A DNA stretch of 64,000 bases, taken from the NCBI GenBank assembly GCA_963719425.1, contig OY970382.1:135888-199887 (forward strand), given 5' to 3'. Positions 1-7,541 of the stretch are shown here, piece after piece. Position 1 is the stretch's first letter. Each line of letters starts with the position of its first letter. The position numbers and the translations under genes were made by a program. The notes beneath the pieces are model-generated. The model had not been told where the DNA came from. It saw only the letters and a program-made list of their open reading frames with translations, and did no database searches. The DNA comes from an uncultured bacterium (GTDB lineage Bacteria > Patescibacteriota > Minisyncoccia > UBA6257 > 2-01-FULL-56-20).

Positions 1-41
1 AACGGCCTCCTCGTGGACCTTTATACCTACTAAGCGTATTG

Positions 42-1091
42 TTATTTTCTTTCCGCAAGCGGGACCTTCGTCACGAGTTCCTTTCCTTCGCGGAGTATGA
101 CGAGCGTCACCTCGTCGCCCACGTTCAAATTTTCCAGAAGGTCTTGGATGGGATGGTCGCGGTCAAGCTTCGCGCCGTTCAGGGTGAGCACGATGTCTTT
201 TTCTTTAAGGCCTGCCTTTTCCGCCGGGCTTTCGGGGACCACGGCGCTGTCATGTTCGCTCTCGCGCACGACGAGTGCGCCGTAGTTCACAGGCAGGTTC
301 ATTTTCGCTTTCGTATCGTCGTCAATCATCATGTAGCGGACGCCCAAAAGCGGCCGGCGGATGCGGCCGTATTTTCTGATGTCGTCTAGGTCCCGCTTCG
401 CGGCGTTTACGGGGATCGCAAAGCCGATGCTTTGCGCGCCGGAGACGATTGCGGCGTTCACGGCGACGACGTTCCCATCCGCATCTACGAGCGGTCCGCC
501 GGAATTGCCCGGATTGATCGCGGCGTCCGTTTGGATAAGGCCGCGCATTTCCTGCGGCGGCGCGTCCGGCTCCGCCTGCGCGGTGATCGCGCGCGAGAGG
601 CCGGAGACGATGCCCACCGACACCGTGTTCTTGAAAACCCCGAGCGCGTTCCCGATCGCGATTAGGCTCTGGCCGAGCTGTAATTTCGTTGCATCGCCAA
701 GTTTCAGACAGGGGAGCCCCTCCGCTTTTATTTTCAAAATCGCTACGTCATTGATCGGATCGCGGCTCAGGATCTCTGCGGGGAATCGCCGCTCGTCGTT
801 CAGGATCACCGTGTATTCCGCTTTCGGGTCGCTTATTACATGCTTGTTCGTAAGGATAAGCCCGTCCGCGTCCACGATAAACCCCGAGCCGCCGCCCACC
901 TGCACCATCCCGCGCTTATCAATTATTTCCTGTGGGATTTGCAGTTTCTCGCCGCTGGGTCCGCCCGGAATGAAGGGATAGAGCTCTTTCGGCAGCTCTT
1001 TTTCCAGATCCTCCAAGTGCTTTGCAATGGCGATGGAAACCACCGCCGGCATCACTTTCTTCACCGTTGCGATCACATGCTTGTCGTCCAT
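42..1091 (-). CDS. htrA: HtrA/DegP-family serine protease (trypsin-like domain plus C-terminal PDZ)
   Basis: Catalytic motifs TNKHV (His) and GNSGGPLVD (Ser). C-terminal PDZ-like segment. ORF track extends to 1193 over the tRNA-Ser gene, so start re-chosen at internal ATG (MDDKHV). Confidence 0.85.
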   Translation of the reverse strand: MDDKHVIATVKKVMPAVVSIAIAKHLEDLEKELPKELYPFIPGGPSGEKLQIPQEIIDKRGMVQVGGGSGFIVDADGLILTNKHVISDPKAEYTVILNDERRFPAEILSRDPINDVAILKIKAEGLPCLKLGDATKLQLGQSLIAIGNALGVFKNTVSVGIVSGLSRAITAQAEPDAPPQEMRGLIQTDAAINPGNSGGPLVDADGNVVAVNAAIVSGAQSIGFAIPVNAAKRDLDDIRKYGRIRRPLLGVRYMMIDDDTKAKMNLPVNYGALVVRESEHDSAVVPESPAEKAGLKEKDIVLTLNGAKLDRDHPIQDLLENLNVGDEVTLVILREGKELVTKVPLAERK

Positions 1092-1112
1092 ATCGTTATT
1101 GTACCACGCTTG

Positions 1113-1199
1113 CGGAAGCGGGAGGATTCGAACCTCCGATGCCCTTTCGGGCATACCGCATTTCGAGTGCGGCCCATTCGGCCTCTCTGGCACGCTTCC
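1113..1199 (-). tRNA. tRNA-Ser (anticodon CGA), long variable arm
   Basis: Cloverleaf GGAAGCG...CGCTTCC acceptor stem. Anticodon loop CTCGAAA. T-arm GGAGGTTCGAATCCTCC. 87 nt. No encoded CCA. Confidence 0.8.
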
Positions 1200-1744
1200 A
1201 ATTGAAGTAATTCTAAGAGTAAATTATCATAAAAACAAGAAGTGCCCCCGCGGTTACAGATTGGGCCGGGGAGCACTCTTCATTCGCCTCGCGCGCGAGG
1301 CGAGAGATAGGGGTTAGGAGGAAATTGAAAAAGTGGCGAGTCGAGCCGACGGTTAGGCCGAGCCGACAGCGAGTAGACGAATGCCCACATGCTGAGAGTG
1401 GTGCTGTGAGCCATCGACACCTACCGTGCGATAGGCGCCGTGTAATACCCCCCTACAAGTGTCGCAACTCCTGGCGCGCAGATGCCAGGGGACGTTCATT
1501 CCGTATCGCGGCAGTGTTATTCCGTGCCGCTCACAGTATTCGCGCAATCTGCCCGCGAGAATAACTGGTGCAGCTACGGCGGGATCTTGTCGCCGTGTCG
1601 GCCCCGTGTGTGAGGGGGGTAGTGATACGATGTTTATCAAAGAGTTTTCCTCCCGTGGCAGCGTGAGGGCGCTACCACGCACTGCTAGATTTGACTACCT
1701 TACCATCTGTTATTATATCACAACTTGCTCCAAAAGCAACTTTG

Positions 1745-1816
1745 TGCCCTCGAGAGGAATTGGACCTCTATCGACGCGTTAGGAGTGCGTTGCTCTATCC
1801 GTTGAGCTACGAGGGC
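1745..1816 (-). tRNA. tRNA-Arg (anticodon CCT)
   Basis: Acceptor GCCCTCG/CGAGGGC. D-arm GCTCAACGGATAGAGC. Anticodon loop CTCCTAA. 72 nt. Confidence 0.7.
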
Positions 1817-1921
1817 GTGGCGATCGGCCAGTGGCCAGTCAGTAATCGGCCACGAGCGGCCTTTTGTGGTACAGTATAGTGAATTAGACCAAAGGTCGCA
1901 ATGGCCGGATTACTATAAAGT

Positions 1922-2188
1922 ATGTATCCTCAAGGTTACGGTTCCTGGGCACCGTTGAGCTTCGGCTGGTTTGCGGGCGCGGGCGGATTGATTCTTCTTC
2001 TCCTCATCATTTGGTCGCTCATCTGGAAGGGTCTCGCGCTCTGGAAGTCCGCGCGGGAGGGGAGCAAGGTGTGGTTCGTCGTGTTCCTTATCGTGAACAC
2101 GATCGGCATTCTGGAGATTCTCTACCTCTATATATTCAGCAAGAAACACCCGCCCGCGATGGACACGAAAGAACCGCAGGCGAAGTAG
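1922..2188 (+). CDS. small two-TM membrane protein (hypothetical)
   Basis: 88-aa ORF with two hydrophobic helices (GLILLLLIIWSLIW and VWFVVFLIVNTIGILEILYLYIF). Sits between tRNA genes. Confidence 0.5.
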   Translation: MYPQGYGSWAPLSFGWFAGAGGLILLLLIIWSLIWKGLALWKSAREGSKVWFVVFLIVNTIGILEILYLYIFSKKHPPAMDTKEPQAK

Positions 2189-2267
2189 CGAACGCGGCCC
2201 CAAGGAAACTCGGGGCCGTTCCGTCGCTTGATATATTGCCCCAGTTGATTTTAGAATCAGTGGCGGA

Positions 2268-2342
2268 GGGCCTATAGTAAAACGGCTATTACGGATGCAT
2301 GGCATGCATCAGGTCGGGGTTCGACTCCCCGTAGGTCCACCA
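2268..2342 (+). tRNA. tRNA-Ala (anticodon GGC) with encoded CCA
   Basis: GGGCCTA/TAGGTCC acceptor with G3:U70 Ala identity pair. Anticodon loop ATGGCAT. T-arm CGGGGTTCGACTCCCCG. Ends ACCA. Confidence 0.8.
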
Positions 2343-2352
2343 AATGTTTTTA

Positions 2353-2610
2353 TCAGTCGCGCACTTCGTGCGTTTTAAAGACGAACGAACTTTCGCCCGG
2401 CGCCCTTCCGTAGCCGCACCGTTTGCAGGAAACGTAGCGTTGCGAACTATTGTTTTTTAGGGTATCCAACCATGCGAGGTGCTCATGTTTGTCATCGTCT
2501 GTGACGGCATACATTGTTTGGTCGCATCTTGGACACCTCATTTCTAACACCCTCGGAATGTTATGCGTCTTTGCGAAGTCTAGGGCTTTCTCAAGGGAAG
2601 TGGCGATCAT
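2353..2610 (-). CDS. small zinc-ribbon protein (hypothetical)
   Basis: 85-aa C-terminal part of ORF 2353..2997 from internal ATG (MIATSLEKAL...). Two CxxC pairs (CPRCD...CKRCG). Upstream part of the long ORF looks non-coding. Confidence 0.45.
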   Translation of the reverse strand: MIATSLEKALDFAKTHNIPRVLEMRCPRCDQTMYAVTDDDKHEHLAWLDTLKNNSSQRYVSCKRCGYGRAPGESSFVFKTHEVRD

Positions 2611-2713
2611 ATCATCAGTTACACAATTGATTATACAATGGCCGGCTATTTGAGCGGCGGACGGCCTTTGTGCTAAGCTTGGTACGTATTTGCGGGCGAT
2701 GCCGGGCCCGCAT

Positions 2714-2800
2714 GGTGGGGTGGCCGAGAGGTTTAAGGCAGCGCTCTTGAAAAGCGCCATATGGGAAACCGTATCGTGAGTTCGAATCTCACCCCCACCG
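2714..2800 (+). tRNA. tRNA-Ser (anticodon TGA), long variable arm
   Basis: GGTGGGG/CCCCACC acceptor. Anticodon loop CTTGAAA. T-arm GTGAGTTCGAATCTCAC. Discriminator G. 87 nt. Confidence 0.8.
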
Positions 2801-2806
2801 CTTTTG

Positions 2807-3841
2807 TTATTCCTTCCGCTTGGCGGCCACAGTGAACTTGGTATAAATCTTGAGCAAGGAAAGAAGGAGCGCGATGGCAAGCGGTCCCACGAGGAATCCG
2901 ATCGGACCGAAAAGACCGATGCCTCCCAAGACGCCCAAGAGTATGAGATAGGGATGCAGGTGCACGCCGCGGTGCATGAGCTGGGGCGAAAGCACATTAT
3001 AGATGAGATTCACGAGGATAACGCTCCATATGGCGAGGCCGATGCCCAAGGCGGTTTGTCCGGTAAAGAAAAGATACGCGATGGCGGGTACGACGACGAG
3101 CCATGTTCCCACGATGGGAATGAGCGAAGCAGGCACGACAAGCGCTCCCCAGAAGGCCGGGTTAGGAATGCCGAAGAGGAAAAATCCGATCCCTGCAACG
3201 ATTCCTTGTATGACCGCGACGACAAGCGTCCCTTTCACGACCGAACTCCCCACGGCTTCCATCTCGCGGACGATGTCTTCGCTGTATTCCGGCGCGAGCG
3301 GTACGATCTCCGTCACCCATTTCTTGAGCCGCTCGCCGTCTTTAAGGAAGTAGAATAATCCGAGGAGGCTCAAGAACGCCGTGAGAAAGATTTGGGTGAC
3401 GCCCGAAAAGAACGAGCCGAGGTTCTGGATAAGCCAGGTGAGTCCCTGCCGGACATAATCGCCCGCGTTGAACGTGATGTCGGGTATGGGAAGGCCCTTG
3501 AAGTAAGTATGGAGAAAGTTGGTAAGCGCGGCACCAAGGTCAAAACCCCCATGCGCCGTGAGGGAGGCGTAGAGCGCGGTCGCTTCCCCGAAGATTTGTA
3601 CGCCGAAAAATCCGAGCGGCACAAATACGATAAGCGCAACAATAATAATCACGGCGAAAGCGCTCAGTGATTCGTAGCGAAAGACGCGCAAAAGTTTCTG
3701 ATAAAGGGGTTGGAAAAGATATGCAAGCGTACCCGCAAAGACAAGCATGCCCAGATACGGCGCAAGGATCGCCCAGGCGAGGACCAGGGCGATGGCGAGC
3801 AAGGCCACAAAAAACCAAGTTTCCGAGCGGCGGACATCCAT
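2807..3841 (-). CDS. AI-2E family transporter (PerM/YhhT-like permease)
   Basis: 344 aa, multiple TM helices, overall AI-2E family-like sequence pattern. Confidence 0.7.
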   Translation of the reverse strand: MDVRRSETWFFVALLAIALVLAWAILAPYLGMLVFAGTLAYLFQPLYQKLLRVFRYESLSAFAVIIIVALIVFVPLGFFGVQIFGEATALYASLTAHGGFDLGAALTNFLHTYFKGLPIPDITFNAGDYVRQGLTWLIQNLGSFFSGVTQIFLTAFLSLLGLFYFLKDGERLKKWVTEIVPLAPEYSEDIVREMEAVGSSVVKGTLVVAVIQGIVAGIGFFLFGIPNPAFWGALVVPASLIPIVGTWLVVVPAIAYLFFTGQTALGIGLAIWSVILVNLIYNVLSPQLMHRGVHLHPYLILLGVLGGIGLFGPIGFLVGPLAIALLLSLLKIYTKFTVAAKRKE

Positions 3842-3858
3842 GCTCTTAGTGTAGCAAA

Positions 3859-5346
3859 TTATTGTATATAGAAGATGTCGCTCGCGGGCGTGCCTGCGGG
3901 GATTTGATTTGTTTGGTCGGGCAAAAGATAGTGCACGTTTTTTGCCTGTTGCTGTGCCGGGAGGAATGTGTCCGTGATGAAGATCGTGGTTTCGGCAGGC
4001 ATGGGGAGACCGCGGGTCATGATGCCACCGGCTTTTACCACAACATACTTCGGCGTGCTTGCGGGGAGGGCGTTGATCTCGCGGCCGATCGGCACGTAGT
4101 CGGCGTTGAATGCGCCGGGGACGTTCGGATTCTGCGCCCAGATAATGAAGTAATCAACGTACGCGAATATCGCTACGGCAACGAGGAAAATGGCGGCGAC
4201 AGTAATGGCAAATTTCCGTCCCGAATATTTTCTTAAGGCCTTGTAGCACCACACTCCTCCGAGCGCGGCGAAGATGATCGCGGGCGGAAGCATGAGGATA
4301 GAGCGGAGCGCGTGGGGGATACCCTCGTCGGAGATTACGGCGGGGAGCGCGGCGAGGATCATCCATCCAAAAACGATCAGCAGGGAAAAAAGCGGCAGCG
4401 ATAGTGCGGCGTCATCCGGCGGCGCTCGGCGGCGCCACCTTTTCCAAAGTGCGTAAATGCCGAGGATAACACCGAGTACGAAGAGAAGTCCGACTGGCCA
4501 GAAAAGTTCCGGCGCGCCGCTCACGTTGTGCCGCCAGTTGTCGTCGCCATGGACGTTGAACATAAGAAGCGTCTTTACAGTGTTCACCGCAAAATCTTTG
4601 AGCGGGCTTGATGAGTTTGTGACCGATATTTCAGAAGTTCTTCCGAAGAAATCTGCGGGATGTTTCAGGAAATACCAGCCGATCGGCGCGGCGACGATGA
4701 AGGCCGCGATAATGAAAATAACGGCGCGTTTCCAGAAGCCCGGATGTTTTTTGAAGAAGGGGATGAAGAGCAGGAAGAGGAGCGGGGTGATGCGGTAGGC
4801 GATGTAGGTGTAGAAGCCGAGCGCGTAGACGACGCCGGCAAGGATGGCGTACCAAACAGCTGCGCGGTCGCGCACCGCACGGAACGCTTTAATCAAAAAA
4901 TAAAGCGCCCACGTGAGGAGGAGCGGCGCGAGGATTGCGCGGAAGCCGATGCGGGAAAAATTAATATGCCAGAAGCAGGTGGCTAAAAGAAAGGCGGCGA
5001 GAAACCCGGCACCGTCGCCAAAAAGTTCGGCGACAAGAAGATAAAGCCCGAGCACCGTGAGCACGCCCGCGACCGCGGCGGGGAGGCGCACCACCCACGG
5101 CTCGTGCGGCGCGTGGAAGTATTGCAAAAGAATCGCGATGAGATTCACGTACAGTCCTTCACGGCCGTTGTCTTCGGCATAGAAAACCTGATAGTGGCCG
5201 GTCGTCGCGGCCTCGGCAGCGTTGTTGCCGTCAATGGCTTCGTCCGGATAGAGCCCCGGCGGGGTCGTCGTGAAATGGTAGAAGCGGAGAAAGGCTGCTA
5301 TAATGAGAATGCCGACAAGAAGCCAGATCCTTTTGGATTTCGTCAC
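3859..5346 (-). CDS. GT39-family glycosyltransferase (ArnT/PMT-like, polyprenyl-phosphate-sugar dependent)
   Basis: Multi-TM N-terminal half (RIWLLVGILIIAAFLRFYHF...YPDEAIDG) typical of GT39. ORF track runs to 5685. That 5' extension is Gly-rich and overlaps the divergent gene 5366..5794, so start placed at GTG 5346 (uncertain). Confidence 0.6.
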   Translation of the reverse strand: MTKSKRIWLLVGILIIAAFLRFYHFTTTPPGLYPDEAIDGNNAAEAATTGHYQVFYAEDNGREGLYVNLIAILLQYFHAPHEPWVVRLPAAVAGVLTVLGLYLLVAELFGDGAGFLAAFLLATCFWHINFSRIGFRAILAPLLLTWALYFLIKAFRAVRDRAAVWYAILAGVVYALGFYTYIAYRITPLLFLLFIPFFKKHPGFWKRAVIFIIAAFIVAAPIGWYFLKHPADFFGRTSEISVTNSSSPLKDFAVNTVKTLLMFNVHGDDNWRHNVSGAPELFWPVGLLFVLGVILGIYALWKRWRRRAPPDDAALSLPLFSLLIVFGWMILAALPAVISDEGIPHALRSILMLPPAIIFAALGGVWCYKALRKYSGRKFAITVAAIFLVAVAIFAYVDYFIIWAQNPNVPGAFNADYVPIGREINALPASTPKYVVVKAGGIMTRGLPMPAETTIFITDTFLPAQQQAKNVHYLLPDQTNQIPAGTPASDIFYIQ

Positions 5347-5365
5347 AATCTCATTATAACAATTA

Positions 5366-5794
5366 ATGGCGGACCAACCTTCCACATTTGAGCACGCCTT
5401 GGAGGCGGACATGCAGAAGCTCGCGGAGGAGATTAGAAAGCAGCGCGAGCGCCCGGAGATGGCCGGCGTGGGAGAAAAAGAGCTTCTGAAAGAAGCTATC
5501 CGCGCGTTTCCCGATCTTGAGAAATCGCCGGAGGGAGTCCCGCGACCGCCCGCGCCACCTCCACCGCCCCCAGCGGCGGCATCGCCGCAGAGCCCGTTGC
5601 CGGCATACGCGCAGAATGCCCCCGCGGAAGTGAAGCTTGAAATTGAATATCTTTTGGACGTTGCATTTCGGCAGGGACTTAGCAAGGCGTTCGCTGAAGC
5701 GCAGAAATCTCCTTATTTTGTTTTGGATGCATTCCACGACGCACTCGCGGGAAGGTTGTACCCAGAGCTCCAGAAGCGCGGGATGATGAAGTAG
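5366..5794 (+). CDS. hypothetical protein with poly-Pro segment
   Basis: 142-aa ORF. Charged/helical ends plus PRPPAPPPPPPAAASP linker. Immediately upstream of Cys-rich gene 5801. Confidence 0.5.
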   Translation: MADQPSTFEHALEADMQKLAEEIRKQRERPEMAGVGEKELLKEAIRAFPDLEKSPEGVPRPPAPPPPPPAAASPQSPLPAYAQNAPAEVKLEIEYLLDVAFRQGLSKAFAEAQKSPYFVLDAFHDALAGRLYPELQKRGMMK

Positions 5795-5800
5795 CGCGCC

Positions 5801-7501
5801 ATGACGGCGGCCGAGGATAAAGAGTGTCAAAATTGCAAAGGGAAATTTTCAATTTTTCCCGACGATTTTGCTTTCTATGAAAAAATAAAAGTGCCGCCGC
5901 CGACGTGGTGTCCGGAGTGCCGGATGCAGAGAAGATTGGCGTGGCGGAATGATTTTACTTTTTACAATCGTACGTGTGATCTCTGCGGCAGGGACATAAT
6001 TTCGGTGTATGCCCCCAATAATCCTCAGACTATTTATTGCAATACGTGTTGGTGGGGCGACAAATGGGATGCAAAGCAGTATGGAATGGAATTTGACTTT
6101 ACCAAGCCGTTTTTTGAGCAATACCGAGTTTTGCGAGAGAAGGTTCCAGCGCTAGCATTGGTGAACGACAACGGAATCGGGAGCGTAAACAGCGAATATA
6201 TGCAGAATGTTGAGTTTAGCAAGAACTGCTACATGGCGATGGTGGCGTGGAAACTAGAAAATTGTCTGTATTCCAGTTATGGCGTGGAAGCAAAGGATGC
6301 TGTGGATTGTATGGGAATGTTGGGCAATAACGAGAGAACGTACGAATTGATGTACTCCGAAAAATGTTATGGGTGTCGTAATGTTTATAATTGCGCGTCA
6401 TTAATCGATTGCGCGTTCTGTTATGATTGCCACAACTGTGAGCATTGCTTTATGTCAGCCGGATTGCGGAATAAGAAATTCTGCTTTCGGAACCGGCAGT
6501 ATGCCGAGGACGAGTACAAAAAGATTGTTGACTCCTATGCGCTCCATTCCTGGTTTGGCAGCGAGCGTGCCAGGGAAGAGTTTGAAAAATTCATTCTCAA
6601 ATATCCACGGAAGTTCGCGTACCTCAAAAACTGTGTGAACTGTACGGGCGACAACCAATTCAATGCGAAAAATGCCCACTGGGTTTTTCACGCCCGTCGT
6701 ACCGAAAACAGCAAGTATCTTGAAAACGGCGATACCCAAATTGACAGCTACGATTTAAGCGTTGGGGGTGAGTTGGAGCAGTGTTACGAAGGGATCACCC
6801 CCGATCACTCACATCGTGCGTTCTTCACTATTTATACTTGGAAAAGCACCGATGCGATCTACTGCGAATTTTGTCAGTCTTCTCATAACCTTTTCGGCTG
6901 TGTTGGATTGAAGAGCGCTGAGTATTGCATTTTGAACAAAACATACTCGAAGGAGGAGTATTTCGATCTGCGTTCTAGAATAATTGAGCATATGAGAAAA
7001 ACAGGAGAGTGGGGTGAGTTTTTTCCAATGAATCTCTCTCCGTTCGGCTATAACGAAACAATGGCGCAGATGTCTTTTCCCTTGAGCAAAAAAGAGGCCA
7101 TACGAAGAGGATTGAGGTGGCAAGACAATATTCAGCAAACCACAGGAAAGGAGACCATGAGGTGGAACGATGTGCCTGATTCAATCCGCGATATCCAGGA
7201 TTCTATTTTGAACGAGATTCTGCTGTGTCAGAAATGTCATAGGAATTTCCGGGTTGTTCAATCGGAGTTGGAGTTTTATAGAAAAAACGATATTCCAATT
7301 CCGAGGATTTGTTTTTATTGCCGGTTAGCCGCGCGTTTTGCGTTGCGAACCCCGTCAAAACTTTGGAAGCGGCAATGTATGTGTGATAAAAACCACCCGC
7401 ATCATGCCGGGCAGTGCTTGAATAAATTTGAAACACCTTATGCTCCTAGCCGCCCCGAGGTCGTGTACTGCGAGCAGTGCTACCAGGCAGAGGTGGCATA
7501 G
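5801..7501 (+). CDS. large Cys-rich protein, paralog 1 of an undescribed family (bipartite zinc-ribbon modules)
   Basis: 566 aa. N-terminal CQNCKGKFSIFPDDFAFYEKIKVPPPTWCPECR. Central CxxC/CxGC-dense region. C-terminal CQKCHRNFRVV...FYRKNDIPIPRICFYCR ... SYAPSRPEVVYCEQCYQAEVA. Paralogs at 44325 and 46122. Confidence 0.8.
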   Translation: MTAAEDKECQNCKGKFSIFPDDFAFYEKIKVPPPTWCPECRMQRRLAWRNDFTFYNRTCDLCGRDIISVYAPNNPQTIYCNTCWWGDKWDAKQYGMEFDFTKPFFEQYRVLREKVPALALVNDNGIGSVNSEYMQNVEFSKNCYMAMVAWKLENCLYSSYGVEAKDAVDCMGMLGNNERTYELMYSEKCYGCRNVYNCASLIDCAFCYDCHNCEHCFMSAGLRNKKFCFRNRQYAEDEYKKIVDSYALHSWFGSERAREEFEKFILKYPRKFAYLKNCVNCTGDNQFNAKNAHWVFHARRTENSKYLENGDTQIDSYDLSVGGELEQCYEGITPDHSHRAFFTIYTWKSTDAIYCEFCQSSHNLFGCVGLKSAEYCILNKTYSKEEYFDLRSRIIEHMRKTGEWGEFFPMNLSPFGYNETMAQMSFPLSKKEAIRRGLRWQDNIQQTTGKETMRWNDVPDSIRDIQDSILNEILLCQKCHRNFRVVQSELEFYRKNDIPIPRICFYCRLAARFALRTPSKLWKRQCMCDKNHPHHAGQCLNKFETPYAPSRPEVVYCEQCYQAEVA

Positions 7502-7541
7502 GGCGACGCATTAAAAAGCTTGATTTGCTAGAATTAAGGCA

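Noticed and set aside
361-981. 206-aa plus-strand ORF (and 432..665) antisense to htrA
   Set aside because: Antisense to a well-supported HtrA gene, Ser/Pro/Arg-rich low-complexity translation, typical GC-rich spurious ORF.
1325-1782. ORFs 1325..1564, 1353..1682 and 1459..1782 in the inter-tRNA spacer
   Set aside because: Arg/Cys/Ser-rich translations without start context. The region is treated as non-coding, a possible ncRNA.
2611-2997. 5' portion of minus-strand ORF 2353..2997
   Set aside because: Cys/Ser/Trp-rich and overlaps the tRNA-Ser(TGA) gene. Only the C-terminal 85-aa zinc-ribbon part looks coding.
5347-5685. N-terminal 113-aa extension of the GT39 ORF (Gly-rich)
   Set aside because: Overlaps the better-looking divergent plus-strand gene 5366..5794 and lacks the TM start typical of GT39. 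GTG at 5346 is the more plausible start.
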